Assembly (NCBI GenBank): GCA_964016885.1
Contig: OZ024751.1
Span: 42,036,001 to 42,100,000 of the forward strand
DNA from: Eledone cirrhosa
Taxonomy: Eukaryota
Reading direction: 5' to 3'
Length of the DNA: 64,000 bases
Shown: piece after piece, positions 1 to 25,840 of the stretch
How the letters are laid out: every line of letters begins with the position of its first letter
How positions within the stretch are numbered: position 1 is the stretch's first letter
Notes under the pieces: generated by a model
The model's input: only the letters and a program-made list of their open reading frames with translations
Told to the model about the DNA's origin: nothing
Database searches by the model: none
Made by a program: the position numbers and the translations under genes

Positions 1-589
1 TATGATGCCTATTCACAAAATTTCAGCAAATTTCAATAATATTAAGACACCCTAATGGGGTTTAAACTCCCTATAGTGAACATTTTGGCCAATAAATGGA
101 ACAAGATTTCACGAACTCCTATGGTTTGGGAGATAGACCCCCATAACCATATATATTCTGAAACTACATTGCCCAGGCTACTTGGATAAGTATTGGATAA
201 TATTGCATTTTAATCAAAGGGTTTCCCGGGGGCACAAAACCCCCGCTGAAAATTTTTTCCCTTCGTTTTATGATATTTAAACCATAGGTAAATGACAAGA
301 TATGATGTCTATTCACAAAATTTCAGCAAATTTCAATAATATTATGACACCCTAATGGGGGATCTATTTTTTTCCTTGCAGCAACACTCAACTTCTTTGA
401 CAAATATTTTTTCGCCTGACCAAATCAATCAACAATATTTGTTTGTATTATTGTTTCGTAAATGAATTTGGCTTCGCTTTGATTATCTGTCCTATATTTT
501 AATTTCATTTTTGGTCTGAGAGGCATTGGGCGTTTTAATGGGAACTAGGAACACCCCCACTCCCGGGTATTACCGGGTACCTCAGCTAG
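1..589 (+). mobile_element. Helitron-like element 3' end with internal ~300-bp tandem repeat
   Basis: Positions 1-60 recur almost identically at 301-360. A GC hairpin CCCGG-gtatta-CCGGG (562-577) is followed 8 nt later by CTAG (586-589) and then T, the usual Helitron 3' terminus layout. Confidence 0.5.
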
Positions 590-655
590 TATATATATGT
601 ATATATATATATACAACCTTGCAAGCAGGGAAAAGCGGACGTAAAATGCTGATGA

Positions 656-690
<35 letters not shown>

Positions 691-838
691 TGCCGAACTC
701 GCAAGAGCTCAGCTGTTGGGCCCCGACTCTTTCTAATATAGTCACAGACTACTATCCCAAGTACCAAGTACTCTATTGAATAACGGTCTAACTAGTTTAA
801 TACTGGTTTAATCCTGTTATATATATATATAATATTTA

Positions 839-1025
839 GGCGGTGTATTGGCAGTATCGGTAGAAGGTCGGACGCCATGCTTTCCAGTATAGTTACGTCC
901 CTTTACGGACTGAGTTCAAATCCCGCCGAGGTTGACTTTGCCTTTCATCCTTACGGGGTCGATAAAATAAAGTACCAGTAATGCACTGGGTAATTGCTGG
1001 CCTTGTGCCTAAAGTAGAAACAGTT
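839..1025 (+). mobile_element. tRNA-derived SINE, family A (core GACTTTGCCTTTCATCC...GGGGTCGATAAAATAAAGTACCAGT)
   Basis: A-box-like TGGCAGTATCGG and B-box-like GAGTTCAAATCC. The same core recurs at ~5123, ~21383, ~39265, ~60230 (+) and ~1630-1940, ~6760, ~22590, ~57800, ~59670 (-). Confidence 0.8.
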
Positions 1026-2425
1026 ATATATATATATTTGGCTCACTACATTAAATATGTTTGTACCACTTTGCTCCTTTTCTGGGATGGAGTTTATCAC
1101 AGATACACATGTACACATGTGTATGTATATGTGTGCACGTGTGCGTTTGTGTGCATGTGTGCGATTGCATGTGTGTGCGATTGCATGTGTGTACACATTT
1201 CTCTGTGTGCATCGGAAGGGTGAAAACATTTTTTATTGAAACTCAGTCGGTTTTTAACCTTTTCATTATGGTATTTTATGTGACAAAGGAGACCAAATCA
1301 ACAAATGCTAGGGGAGGTTCTCCCCCCCCCCCCCCACTTTCCCCTCCCCCGGGCGTTAGGATGGCATTTTTAGGACGTCACTCTCGCTATCCTCTCGCTG
1401 TGGTAATGCCTTCTCTATTCTGTCGGCTGGGACCATGAGGTGGCTTGTGTTGGGGGGGGGGGGGGGTTTCTGCACGTGGGAAAGACAAAGCAGGGGGGCG
1501 TAACAACCTTTCATCAACTGGGTTGTGCAGTTACCGTTGGTCACTACATACACACATGCATGCATACTTTGTAGCTCGACGTGTAAAGAGACAAGAAAGA
1601 GATAAAGGGGAAAAGGGAGATGAACAATAATTATTTCTAATCTAGGTACAAAGAGGGGAAAAAGTCGATTAGATCAACCCCAGTGCGTTACTGGTACTTT
1701 ATTTTATTGACCTCAGAAGGATGAAAGGCAAAGTTTGAGATGAACAATAATGATTTCTAACCTATGCACAAGGACAATTTGTAACGAGGGGAAAAAGTCG
1801 ATTAAATCAACCCCAGTGCGTTACTGGTACTTTATTTTATCGGCCCCGGGAGGATGAAAGGCAAAGTTGATCTCTGCGGGATTTGAACTCAATGTAAAAA
1901 GAGCAAGAACAAATACCACAAAGCATTTTACCCAACACCCTACAAGAGATAGACTATAATTATCTATTTTATTAGCCCCAAGGACTTAAGACATTGAGGG
2001 CAATACAAACACGACCAAACAACACAGGGAGGGGTTTATACCGAATGAAGGAACTGCGATATCGCCTTAGAAAGTGAATACAATAGGTATAACAATAACA
2101 TAATTTCCTTTGGGGTTTTATACATATATATATCGAATAGGCTATGTAACCGGTAAACCCTAAAGGGATGCAACACACATCGCTATAGCGTTTCACCAGC
2201 CCCCCGCCCCTTCTTTCTGTTGTCTGTATCTGTTTATGTATTTACGTGTAGAAGTGCGTGTATGTAACTAAAGCGTAACGTACGTTATGAATGGACGACT
2301 AAATGATTTTAACTTGTTTCTTAATAATTGATTGTGGAAAAGATTTCAAATTATCTTAACAATTGTCCTAACTCGGGCCGCAACTCATGGTGTCTGACAC
2401 TCTTACCGGCTACATAGCCTCTTCC

Positions 2426-2458
<33 letters not shown>

Positions 2459-2846
2459 ATATATAAGAACAAATATATATATATATTCAAGAGAGATAAA
2501 TAATAATATCAACATAAAAGAGAAAGTAGCGTGAAACGTGAGAGTGGACACGTTAGAATAGGTAAATAAATGATAAGCTATCCCAACGATCGTAGTATCA
2601 ATGAATATGTTGAGTTGGCGAAGAGAATAGCATAGATTACAATCAGCAGAAATAGAAACTACATTAAAATATAAATAAACAGTAAAATTCTTTAAAAATC
2701 TGAAGTATTTTAAACTAGATAAATACTTCTATACAATATGCTCAGTAAATATATCCCACACATGAATGAATGCAATCGGCTGAGAGTGGGATGAGGGAAA
2801 AAATATGCAAAATATTATGTTGAAATTTTTATAAAAAGTTACTCAC

Positions 2847-2928
2847 ACATAATATCATTTTCCAGTGATTTCTGTGTCATTCCAAATGCTTTCAAAACAA
2901 TCGGGTGAAGAAAACGAGGATAAAGCAT
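2847..2928 (-). CDS. Possible first coding exon of an unidentified divergently transcribed gene (MLYPRFLHPIVLKAFGMTQKSLENDIM...)
   Basis: Open frame from ATG 2928 (or 2880) to a strong GTGAGT donor at 2846. It lies in unique sequence just downstream of a GTCACGTGAC box. No downstream exon or homology recognised. Confidence 0.3.
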
Positions 2929-3004
2929 CGCAAAACATATAAAAATAATTGAAAACACACCGACTACTTTTACTGTAGACATGTTGGCTGCCGAGAATAT
3001 GTCT

Positions 3005-3014
3005 GTCACGTGAC
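3005..3014. promoter_or_regulatory. Palindromic E-box GTCACGTGAC (USF/TFEB CLEAR-type motif)
   Basis: Exact 10-bp motif in non-repetitive sequence upstream of the putative minus-strand exon; function is inferred only. Confidence 0.3.
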
Positions 3015-4387
3015 CAACCTAGCTTATAACAGAAATGATTATAGATATACAACTACTGCTAGATCAAGATAGTCTTTATTTTTTTTCTGTGTGCTGACTT
3101 TACATTAGAAGCCATATTGCTAGAGTCAAAATATAATAGAAGCATTACCAAAAATAACAATGTTAATACGATTTGTGGATTGGAGAGAATTGGTAGAGCG
3201 TCGGATATGTCATTGTGGTATTTATTTCATCAACTCTAGTGTACCAGAGAATTTGGTAGATAGGCCTGTCAGGGGGCGGGAGGTCTTCAGAAGATTCTAG
3301 GTGGGCCGTCTTATTCGCAATAATTCTTTCGACGGGGTTTCGAAATAAGCGTACCACCGTAAACTTTTTTTCTAAATCTGAGGGTGTCCCATTAAAAAGT
3401 AGAGGCACAGTGCCATCCAATGCACCCCTTCCCACAACGACGAGCTTGTTGGTGAGATTATAAGAAAACGATCGACAAAATCCCAGACCTCAGTCGCTTA
3501 CCAAATGAGATGGAACAAGGAAACAATGTTTCCATTGGTCTTTCTATTGCTGATACTATCTACCGGTCGCAACACCTAGCAGAAAGAGCAACGTGAAATA
3601 AAGTGTCTTGCTCAAGGCATAACGCATCGCCAGGTCCGGGAAAGGAACTCGCAACCTCATGATGACCACTAGATGACAGGCCAAGTCACTCTGTCAAAAG
3701 CTTTTTCTAGATCGACAAAAACTAAATATCTCGGCTTATTCTTGGCTAGGAACTTCTCTTGTAGTTATCTCACAAGCAAGAAGGCATCTGTGGTCATTCT
3801 CCCTGGCACAAAATCGAACTATCTCATTTAACTTAACTCTTTCTCTAATTAGCTGTGCTAGAACTCCGTCACTTTCATAACTTGGTCCATTAGTTTTATT
3901 CTCGGGGAGATTCAGCGTGACATAAGTTGTGACAAAGATGACCTTTTGAATTACAAGTACAGTTTATGCATGAGCAGTTTCCGTCTATAAAATTTCACTC
4001 AATGCATTGGATTGACCACTGGCTACAGTAAATGAGACTTTTCCAAGATGCCCCGCAGTGGGATCGAACCCGGGACGTTAATGATTGCGAACAGAACTTC
4101 TTAACTTTTCGGCCATGCTACGTGCACCTGTTTGTCGTAGCACCTTATTGAGTGCGCCCCATTACCACCACCACGATACACATACACACACACACGCTCT
4201 CTCTCCTGATTAAATATCTATTGGTTTGTTTCCTTTATAAATCATATTTATTATCGTAGGGTCGATACAATCGATTAAAATCTATTGAATGTGGTGCCTT
4301 ATTATCGCTTCACATAAAGTCCAATGATTGAAAGCAGTAAGACCATAAAAGAAACAAGAATATAAATCAATCTCTCTCTCTCTCTCT

Positions 4388-4433
<46 letters not shown>

Positions 4434-4685
4434 GTGTGTGTGTGTGTTAACATAACGGTAAACAAGAACTTGTAGGATTAAATATATCTAAATACGTTGG
4501 TTCGACACACAATTATTCAAATAATATTTCGTGCAATGTATATGGTTTGTGTGCAAATATTTTTTTAAAATTAATTTGTCATTTTATTTCTTGTTAAATA
4601 TTATACACATGTTAAATATTATTTGACATTTTTATTTATTTTTATCGATTTTCGTTTGTGCGGGATTAATATTCCAAATGACAAC

Positions 4686-17502
<12,817 letters not shown>

Positions 17503-17635
17503 TTTGTACATTAAAAAAGGTAAAGCAGCAACTTAAGAAAAGAAAATATATATATATAATATATAAAGAGATATTGTTTACTTATTAAATGTTATGAGTT
17601 TGTTAAACTCTGTGTCTTGGAACTGTTTCTGATTG

Positions 17636-17925
17636 CCCATTAAAATAATGTGCTATACCCATTAAAATAATGTGTAACATACTTGCCCCATTAAAATAAT
17701 GTGCTATGCTATGTTCCTTAAAGTAATGTACTATATTGTACCCATTAAAACAATGTACTATATCATGCACATTAAAATAACATGCCATATCATGCCCATT
17801 AAAATGTGCTATATACTTTGCCCGTTAAAATAATGCACTATACTATGTCCATTAAAATTATGTGCTATATCAGACCCATTATAATAATGAGCTATATACC
17901 CTGGCCATTAAAATGATATGCTATC
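17636..17925. repeat. Diverged ~30-bp tandem repeat (CCCATTAAAATAATGTGCTATA...) just downstream of the CNOT11 stop
   Basis: About 9-10 imperfect copies of the CCATTAAAA core. Confidence 0.8.
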
Positions 17926-18478
17926 CTCAAGACTTGAACACAGCAATAATGAGCATATTCATTTTTGAAACCCCCCAAAAAATAAAAAAGTAAACCGTTG
18001 ATGAAAGGGATGACCAATGCAAGATATTTTTACACCTATGATTATTTTTTTCAACAAGTTAATATTAACATGGCTTGGAAGATGGACGTTAAACGATGAT
18101 GATGATGCATAACAGGGCTTTTAAAAAAAAAAGACCTACCACTTATTCCCATTCTCATTTGTTATCGTTTAATGTCAGCAAGGAAAGTAGATGTTAAATG
18201 ATGATGATGAAAATATCAAATATTTTCTTACTTCAAGTAAGAGTTTTAAATGATTATAATTATTGGTGTTAGGTATTGAGTATTGATTCATGTGGAACCT
18301 CAAAATACAAAACGCAGTTCTCAATATTCAGTAATTTAAATAAATTAATCTCCATTAATACTATATATATATATATGATATACATATATATATTTACATG
18401 TATACAATTATATGATATACTTGTATATTTACATATACACAATTATATGATATATATATATATATATACTATGTATAC

Positions 18479-18523
<45 letters not shown>

Positions 18524-20910
18524 GGTGGCTAGCTGGCTGGCTAAAGTTTAATGCTTTTGGGAGGGGCCATATGTTCCTTCCTCAGGGTAACAGCCTCTAG
18601 AATGGAACCAGGATAGAGTGGATAGTAGTGGGTGAGGGAAACGGTAAAAAGGGGAAGATGGGTGATGAGGGGGATAGGGATAATGATAAAGGTAGTGGAG
18701 AAAAGGAAGAAGAAATTACAGGTTGTGTTAGCTGGGAGGTGGGTAACCTAGAGTTTTCAAATCACTGAAAATAATCCAAAATTTGGAGGGATTTAGTAAT
18801 ATAACTAACTTTCTCATTATTAAGTTGCTGTTTGGAGCATAACTAATGTTCTCATTATTCAGATGCTGTTTGGAGCATAACTTAACAAAGGTTCTAACTT
18901 AAAAAGATGGTGGGAGGTTATTAGATATATATAACACCTTAAAACAGCCAACTTTGTATCATAGAACTAGGAGCAGTTACAAATGGGTTAATTTCAATAG
19001 GTTGATCACCTATCAATACTTCACAATTGAGTCATAGATTGGTACTTAGGTCACACAGATCTGTATAGAGAACTAGCAGATGGAAGAAGGAACATATGGC
19101 ATCCTTACCTGGGCTTCAAGGACCCTCAAAGAGTTCTGTATTGATGAAGGTAAATGGGAAGAGTCAATAAAGAACCATGTTAATTGAAGATCAGCTGTAT
19201 ATGGAGAAAGGGATGAGGAATCCCTTCGATCACAAATGACCATGGGATTTGTACCTAGAAAGTTTCCCTTCCAAGGCGCAAGTCCAGGCATGGTTGTTTG
19301 TGGAAGACCAGCAGTCACCCATGCATGCCAGTCTCCACTTTCCAAGCTACCGATGTTGTCTAAGTAAAAGGTTTAGGCCAATACAGTTTGGCACCACAGA
19401 CATCGCAACTTATTTCCACAGTTGAGTGAATTGGAGCAATATAAAATAGTGTCTTTCTGAACACAACACATTGCCCATTTCAAAATTGATGTGAGACAAA
19501 GACAGAAGTTTTTCATCTTGATAGACACCACTGCCTCAGCATTGTTCTATTGTAGGCTTTGTAGAAAGCCATGTTGAGTACACATTGGACTAATCAGTCA
19601 GGAAAGGTACTGTTTGGAAAGAAGTCAGTTGGGAAGAATTAAGAAATTACCTCTGCAAGACTTGATTACTGAATATAAACCAAGGAATGTGTGACTAAAA
19701 AATCGATGGTAAAATGGGAGGTTGGCTTATATACATCATCTAAACAATGTGTTGATTAGATGCCTCAGTTTATAAAAGGGGTTTGGATTTTTGCCTATTT
19801 CTCAGGCATAAAAGAGGAGTCAACTTATATTCGAGTGTATATGTTAATCAAAACTAATCCATATCAAGGGGAAGTAAACATGATTGAACAATGCTTAACA
19901 AAATCAGAGGGACAACTCAAAATATATCTAATTATCGTAGTTGTCAAAATTAGAATTTAAAAAAACTCAATATAAACCAGGGATTTCAAGTAAGGCCCTT
20001 GGGGAGACACACAGGATTGCCAAAAGTGAGATGTGAGAGTGGGGTAGAGGTTATTTCCACCAGTTATAAGGAATCTGACAGGCTGTTTATTCATTTTTAA
20101 TGTTTGCAGGTGAAGCTTAATTCTGCTGTTGTTGCTGCAAGAATATGGAAGGGGAAAGGGACAAGTTACAAAGTTTTAGGAAAATTGTTCTGCCACAAGC
20201 CATAGAAAATTAGTTTGCGTGTTTGAGACCCTTGATCTAAACAAGTGCAACTATTTTAGTTCTGTGTATACATTGAAATACAGTGACAATATCTCATGTT
20301 TTTTTTTTCCTTGAAATTAGAAATTTGGCGTTTGGATTGGGAGGACTCATCAGCTGTGACGAAAGCATGATGACCTCCCAATTGCTAGTGCCATGATAAA
20401 ATACACTCAATAGAGTGAGGGAATCTATATGCTCTTGGGTCCTAAATAATAGGGGTAGTGGGAAAAAGCAAAGGGGTTGTAAAATCGGTAATTTTTCTAG
20501 GTTGTCACCATTGATTTTTTTAAAAACCAGAATTAGTCATTTAGTTTACATATGGACACCCCAACCCATCCTATTTATAACGTATGAGGTTTCCTCTGTT
20601 TTTTTTTTTGTTTTTTTGCGGGGGTTTTTGTCATGTACAAATGTTTTTTTAAATGTTTTGTCATGTACAATGTTTTTTAATGTATGAAGAAAATTGTTGC
20701 ATAAATGCTACCACTTAAAATAAAATTTTGGTGGAGATAGGATTGCAGGATTTAATAAGTGTGGATTGAAGATTATTTGATACCCGAAAGTAAACAGGAA
20801 GCCACCCTCTCCTGACCTCTCAGACCCATCTAAGAGGTCAGTAGTTCCAAATAAGTACCGTATTGATCTGTAACAACCCATCTAACCCTCGCTAGCAGGG
20901 AAAATGGACA

Positions 20911-21122
20911 TTAACCCTTTAGCATTTAAACCAGCTGTATTCGGCCAGGATTTTCTCATCTCTTTCTATTCAAACCGACTGCTCATACTTATGTTAAGGT
21001 ATTGTTCTCAAAGTATATAATATCAAAATCTTGTAGATTTGATATATCATGTGTGATAATTATATAAGATAAAGTGTTTACCATGAAAATACATATAGAG
21101 TAATGTAAATGCTAAAGGGTTC
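20911..21122 (+). mobile_element. ~210-bp MITE with TTAACCCTTTAGCATTTA...TAAATGCTAAAGGGTT termini (piggyBac-like)
   Basis: Terminal inverted repeats with TTAA-CCC ends. Related copies at ~15510-15633, ~30960-31161, ~31870-32083, ~33005-33218 and ~34410-34645. Confidence 0.7.
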
Positions 21123-21560
21123 AATGAAGGTGATGAAATTTCTCGGTCTTTCCTCAGAATTACACTTGACATGTTGTGTTGCTTTTTTGTTTAGTTGATT
21201 GTTTGTTGTTGTTTTGTTTTATTTTATTTATTTCTATTTTTTTTTTTTTTCATTATTGTATTTCCTTTATTACTGTTGGAAACTGATTGTGTAAGCATTG
21301 CTTCATAAATCCATGTTATTTATTTTTTACAATAAAACATAATAGAATATATTTTTGTTGTTATATGTTGTTATTATAGAGTGATGGTTTGGCAGTATCG
21401 GTAGAGGGTTGGACGTCATGCTTTGCAGCATAGAGTTACGGCCCTTTATGGTCTGAGGTCAAATCCGCTATGGTTAACTTTGCCTTTCATCCTTACGGGG
21501 GTCGATAAAATAAAGTACCAGTAATTGCTGGCCTTGTGCCAAAAGTAGAAACAGTTATTA

Positions 21561-22003
21561 TACAAGGGTCGGCTGAAAATTTCATAGGCTGACCAAGATA
21601 CTCTCGTGAAATGACCGAGTGTGGTTTATTTATCAACCATAGTCCCTGGAAAAAAACAATGTAGTTATTAATAAGAAGAGTTGAAATTGATGCACACAAC
21701 ATTTCACAGCTCTAGCATCACACCTTCATAGTCAGCCTATGGACTTTTCAGCCAACCCTCATGTGTATATGTGTGTGTATGTATATATATATGTGTGTGT
21801 GTATACATATGAGAGTCGACTGAAAGGTTTATAGGCTGACCAAGATACTCTCATGGAATGACCAAATGAGGTTTATTTTTCAACATAGTCCCTGGAAAAA
21901 AACAATGCAGTTATTAATAAGATTTGAAATTGATACATGCAAGATTTCATAGCTCTAGCATTACTCCTTCATAATTAGCCTATGGACCTTTCAGCCTACT
22001 CCT
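21561..22003 (+). mobile_element. Two adjacent ~200-bp mariner-type MITEs (21561-21763 and 21808-22003)
   Basis: TIR TACAAGGGTCGGCTGAAAATTTCATAGGCTGAC versus GTCAGCCTATGGACTTTTCAGCCAACCCTC; both copies sit in TA-rich sites and share internal sequence. Confidence 0.7.
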
Positions 22004-23789
22004 AATGGCCAATAAAGAAATATATATTTTATATGTGATAGAGGTGAAATAGCCAGACTGCTAATGTACCGACAGTAAGGTTTTAAAAGAAATACCTGTA
22101 AATGTGGTTGACGTTAGGAAGGGCATCCAGCCATAGAAACCAAACCCAAATCAGTTCTGGGTGAGCAAAACACAGTGCTCCAGCCAGGATATCTTACAAC
22201 AGGACAGAACGTCTTACCCATTCTAGTGTGGAAAATGGCCATTAAACGATGATGATGACACTGTCTTTGTATTGTAATACCTTTCTTTGTCTTAATCTAG
22301 ATTTAATTAGTAATTGAAGTTGGTGATAGACATCATTGAGGTAATGGGCTGCCTAAAATATCATTTCACCAGCACCTCATCTGAAGTCATCGTCCTTTGT
22401 TATTTCATTGTTCACAACACTTCTTGGCCGTTGTATGTATGTATGAACCCGTACTCTTGGTGGAGTCATTGGGGTGCCATAGTGTCATACAACATATCTT
22501 TGGCATCGTAAACCTGATGGTACCCATCTCTCCAGGTCTGAATACTGTCGATTTCTTCAAGAGATTGTGAGAAAGATATACAGAGGAAGAATCAATCCCA
22601 GTATTAGACTGGTACGTTTTTTATTAACCTCGAAATAATGAAAAGCAAAGTTGACTTTGGTGTGATTTTATCTCAGTGAGGAGAGAGCTGGAATGAATAC
22701 TACAAAGCATTCTAATGGCTCTACTAATTCACTGCCCTTTGTCCTTACAATCAAATAATGCAGCATGGTGTCATACTCAATGATTGGTGTAACAATATCA
22801 TTGTAAACTCCTACAAGGCCAAAGAAGATGCACTAGAGAGAGGTAACTACAGAGGCCCCCAAGTTGATGGACAGGTAATGAAAGGGTTATAACACAACAT
22901 ATTTGTTGCTGTTAGACATCTATCATTTCTGACAATGAGTGCTCCAGTTAATTCAATCAACAGAACTGCCTGCTTGTGTAAGTGGCTGAGCATTCCACAG
23001 ACGTGCACTCTTCACATAGTTCTCAGAGAAATTCAACGTGACACAATGTTTAACATGGCTGGTCTTTTGACTCACAGGTATAATTCACTTTTGCTAGAGC
23101 GGACTACAGCAAAAATGAAATAAAGTGTCTTGCTCAATAACACAACACATCACCCAGTTTGGGAATTGAATTCATGACTTTGCAATCACGAGACAAAGAC
23201 TCTACCAACTTAGCTACATGTATTTTCAGCACAACTAATTAGAGACAGGATTAGGTTAGATGAGAAACAATTTGGCTTTATGCCAGGGAGATTAAATGCT
23301 GCCAATACAAAAATTGAATGTTTTACTATCCTTAAAAGGCCATACAACATATGCCATTTATAGGTTTAGTTTTTGAGTTCCATGCATTACATCAAGAGCA
23401 ATAGTTTCTAAAGCCTACACCATGGCACACTGATGTGCCCTGGGATTTAATTAGATGTGCCACCAAAAGACTAAGTTTAGGTTTTAAGATGTGAAAAATA
23501 CAAACTGAAATTTGTATGAAAGTTCATATATAGCTGTCAAAGTGGCAAATAAGCAAAGTTTAGAGCTGAAGATAGTCCACCAATTCAGTGACATGCTAGA
23601 TGTCAAGACTGAGATGGGAAAGAGGTTGACAACAGACTGGAAAATGCAACCAGTGCACTCTGTAGGGTGTACAAAAAGTCTTGAACAACTGACATCTGAG
23701 AAAAGCCACAAAGATCAGCATAGACAAAGCTGTTGTACTGACCACCCTCCTGAGTGGCTCCCCAAGTTATGGGTTGGTTAATTACTGTG

Positions 23790-24025
23790 TTCACCTACTA
23801 CAACTTCTTGAGGATTTCCAGAAACAGAACCTTCACACCATCCTCAACACCTATTGGAGTTACTTTGTTACCAGCATTGAAGTTCTTGATCAAGCAGGGA
23901 GGCTATCAGTATTAAGGCACTGCTGTTAAAGACGCAGTTGTGCTGGACAGGATATGTTTCTCAGATGGAGAATCACTACTTGCTCAAAAGAGTGCTGCAT
24001 GGTAAACTCACCACTGGCCACTGTA
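23790..24025 (+). mobile_element. Degraded RTE-clade LINE C-terminal fragment
   Basis: Broken translation resembles ...TILNTYWSYFVTSIEVL...LLKTQLCWTGYVSQMENH...VLHGKL. Confidence 0.6.
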
Positions 24026-25085
24026 TCAAAGAAGCATAAGATTCAATCAACAAGATCCCAGACATCACTCACTTTCCGAGTGGGGTGGAACTCATTAAAC
24101 CAGACAAAGGAAACAATGTTTCTTTTGGTCTTCCCATTGCTGATACTATCTACTAGTCACAATTCCTGATAGTAGATAGTATCAGCAATAATAAGAGTCT
24201 TGCTCAAAGACAATGCATCGCTTGGCCCAGGAATTGAACTCACAGTCTCACGGTTGCAAATAAATTTTTTTAACCATTAAGCCACCCACTTTCACAAGAA
24301 AAGGTATAAGGACTCTAAAATAAATATAGTGTAAATGTTATACTGGAGGTGCTGAATTGACAGGTTTCCAATTTAAATAAAAACTTTCCAACCTATTTTT
24401 ATATAAGGACGTTACATTAAGTTACTATCTTAGAAATGAAATCATTAATAATTTTAGTAAATCTCTCAAAATTCTTTATTAATTAATTAAAATACAGTGT
24501 ATTTAATTAGAAATACAGCCATGAAAGGGTTAAAGCATTTACCACTCCATTCCCATTTTTTCTGGCCCTCCCCCTTTTTTCTCTTTTATAGTTTATTACT
24601 TTAATTGTTGTTTTTTTTTCCTTAAATGATTTCATCATTGATTACTTCTGTTGAACGATATAACAATATAGTTTTATATTCATTAATTTGGTATGTGTAA
24701 ATAAGGAACCTAATCACACAGACATATAGATAGAAAGTTAGATAGACAGACAGATATATAGATACTAATGCTAATTCTCACACGACTTTTTGGCAGATGC
24801 ATAAGGGGGGGGGGGGGGGGGGCAAACTAAATAGCCTAGTATTTATTGCAGCATTTTCACGAGAGAATTAAGCTGCTATGAATGAATGAAAGAATGATTG
24901 AATGAATTAGTAGATAATCGATTTAGAGTTGTCTCCCTTATCTAATCCGGTAGAGGGCAATCTGTGTTTTGGTTGCCGAATTCATTTCGAGTATATTTAG
25001 GTCTAATAACGAAATATTTCATTATTAAATTCTCTGCTATGTCTTGATATAGCAATATCTTTTTATATTCTTCCACTGAAATAAA

Positions 25086-25117
25086 ATGACGTCAAGCACC
25101 AAAAAGCGTTCTTTCTC
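25086..25117 (+). CDS. DNAJC5: DNAJC5 exon 1 ([11 protein letters not shown])
   Basis: aaaATG start and phase-2 GTAAGT donor. It joins exon 2 to give RSFSSSGDSLY, which aligns to mammalian CSP RSLSTSGESLY. Confidence 0.75.
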
Positions 25118-25405
25118 GTAAGTCTATAATTTCTTTCTTGTTTTTCATCAGTTTTCTATATATATATTTTTTACTTCAGTCTCAATTGCTATTATTTTTC
25201 AGCAGGTAACCGTGGCTGCTTTCGTTATTAAACCATTGCCGCATCTTTCTCTGTCGTATATTCGGAGATTTTTAAAATAGGTTTTCATGTATTTTCTTAG
25301 AAAAACAAACATTTTTTTTTCCTCGCATAAATTCACTGTGATTCATCGTATCGTTTATAATAGATGTATGTATATATATATATATGTAAATATATATAGA
25401 TGTAA

Positions 25406-25437
<32 letters not shown>

Positions 25438-25578
25438 CGTATAATAACTTGGTAGAGATTTCCAAGGCGTAGAGCAACTGATGCCCGTGGGGCGAGTTTT
25501 AATATATTAAGACTAGTACTACGATGAAGACATAACACACACATTATATATATATATATATACATGTTTGTATGTGTG

Positions 25579-25611
<33 letters not shown>

Positions 25612-25808
25612 AAAATATTTGCTATGCTTTGTGTCTTTATTTTATTTGTAAGAAGCCTCTTTTTTTCATCTATAAATATATATCCATCCGTATGTAGTTG
25701 GCAGTCGAGAGAAAAGTGTACTCAATACCAAAGTAGAGTTTAAATATTCGTTTTGTTGAGACTATAAATATTGTCTTGTTAGCTTTAATAATAATTATTT
25801 AATCATAC

Positions 25809-25840
<32 letters not shown>

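Noticed and set aside
526-2551. Short ORFs rich in YI, CV or ER dipeptides (also near 8.5, 18.3, 25-29 and 38.7 kb)
   Set aside because: They are translations of (TA)n, (TG)n and (GA)n microsatellites.
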